Part shown: positions 55,972 to 56,738 of the stretch, piece after piece
Numbering within the stretch: position 1 is the first letter of the stretch
Layout: each line of letters begins with the position of its first letter
Source: a virus
Taxonomy: Duplodnaviria > Caudoviricetes
Virus record (IMG/VR): IMGVR_UViG_3300008952_000057
Location: 1-56,738 of that record
Length of the DNA stretch: 56,738 nucleotides
Direction: 5' to 3' (one strand)
Program-made: the position numbers and the translations under genes
The notes under the pieces: model-generated
What the model was told of the DNA's origin: nothing
Databases searched by the model: none
What the model saw: the letters and a program-made list of their open reading frames with translations, nothing else

Positions 55972-56738
55972 TCTAACCACGTACTCCTTCCGTTTTGGAA
56001 TTTTAAGTCATTAATATATCCTACAAGTGAACCACTAACTGAATAACTATTATCATTAACTATTACAAAGTAACGTAAATTTTGAATGGTTGATGGTATA
56101 GTATATTCTTCATCTTCAACAAGCGTACCACTATGAGAACCACTTCTAATTTTTATCCTATATTTTGTTTCTGATAATCTAGTTAATTCATAGTAATGGG
56201 TTTGACTGTTTGTAAGTGCTGTTGATAATTCACTTTGACTACCTGAATTATAATCTGCACCATCGCCATAGGAAGGGTGTATGTCTCGTTCTGCCGAATT
56301 TGATGATATTTGGTGATGAAAACCAATTTTATCGACACTTGAAGACCAACTTCCAATTCCACTAGATAATCCAAAGAACGCCATCTTATGTGATGATCCA
56401 CCACCAGTAATAGTATCAGTTGTTAGTTTAAATCTAAGAACCCACTTTGAATTTGAAATTTCACCTTCACCGAAATCGTATGATGATATATCATTTGTAC
56501 TGTGCCTTCTAATATCATAATCCAATCTCGTATTAGTAGTATCGACACCAATTAATGATGTACTATCAACAAAATTATCTGAACTGAAATTAATATCTAG
56601 TTGTGCAATTCCATCTAATTTCCAATCCGTACCATCATACCACCAGTAAGAAGGCGTATCATCTGTTTGTTGGAAGATAGAATTTGTCCTTACACCTGTT
56701 AATCCATCCAAGTCACTTGTTGCTGAAAAGTCGTTTTT
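55968..56738 (-). CDS. Fibre/receptor-binding protein, 5' end outside window
   Basis: Frame stays open to 56738 (KNDFSATSDLDGLTGVRTNSIFQQTD...), followed by a lectin-like beta domain. Confidence 0.7.
   Translation of the reverse strand, partial: KNDFSATSDLDGLTGVRTNSIFQQTDDTPSYWWYDGTDWKLDGIAQLDINFSSDNFVDSTSLIGVDTTNTRLDYDIRRHSTNDISSYDFGEGEISNSKWVLRFKLTTDTITGGGSSHKMAFFGLSSGIGSWSSSVDKIGFHHQISSNSAERDIHPSYGDGADYNSGSQSELSTALTNSQTHYYELTRLSETKYRIKIRSGSHSGTLVEDEEYTIPSTIQNLRYFVIVNDNSYSVSGSLVGYINDLKFQNGRSTWLE

Noticed and set aside
1-56738. Direct terminal repeat or exact circular closure
   Set aside because: The end sequences do not overlap, and direct joining breaks the reading frame.

Overview
The window is a near-complete, circularly permuted genome of a tailed dsDNA archaeal virus (Caudoviricetes, siphovirus-like tail module), most plausibly infecting marine Nitrososphaeria (Thaumarchaeota). 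The host call is an inference from archaeal-type MCM, RadA, Hjc and RNase H, TATA-driven leaderless genes, a cupredoxin-fold protein and a secreted matrixin. The minus-strand morphogenesis block runs portal (22 kb), protease, scaffold, MCP, tail, fibres, then off position 1. It resumes at the right end with fibres, BppU-like, Cas4-like, DpdA-like and terminase genes. A plus-strand, probably early, block (25.4-36.8 kb) carries a MoxR/CbbQ AAA+ and vWA pair, a GP88-like protein, an adenine MTase and many tiny Cys/His-rich ORFs. A replication/recombination block lies at 37.5-43.3 kb. I found no DNA polymerase, integrase, canonical tRNA or CRISPR array. The most unusual signals are a CGATCG-dense non-coding island at the transcription divergence point, a DpdA/TGT-fold protein lacking the DSG aspartate, a prohead protease fused to ~700 aa of repeated basic peptides, a mini-gene array joined by a 17-bp repeat, a 63-nt tRNA-like fold, and fibre genes built as passenger domains inside a shared split motif. 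All product calls come from motif reading only; no database searches were run.
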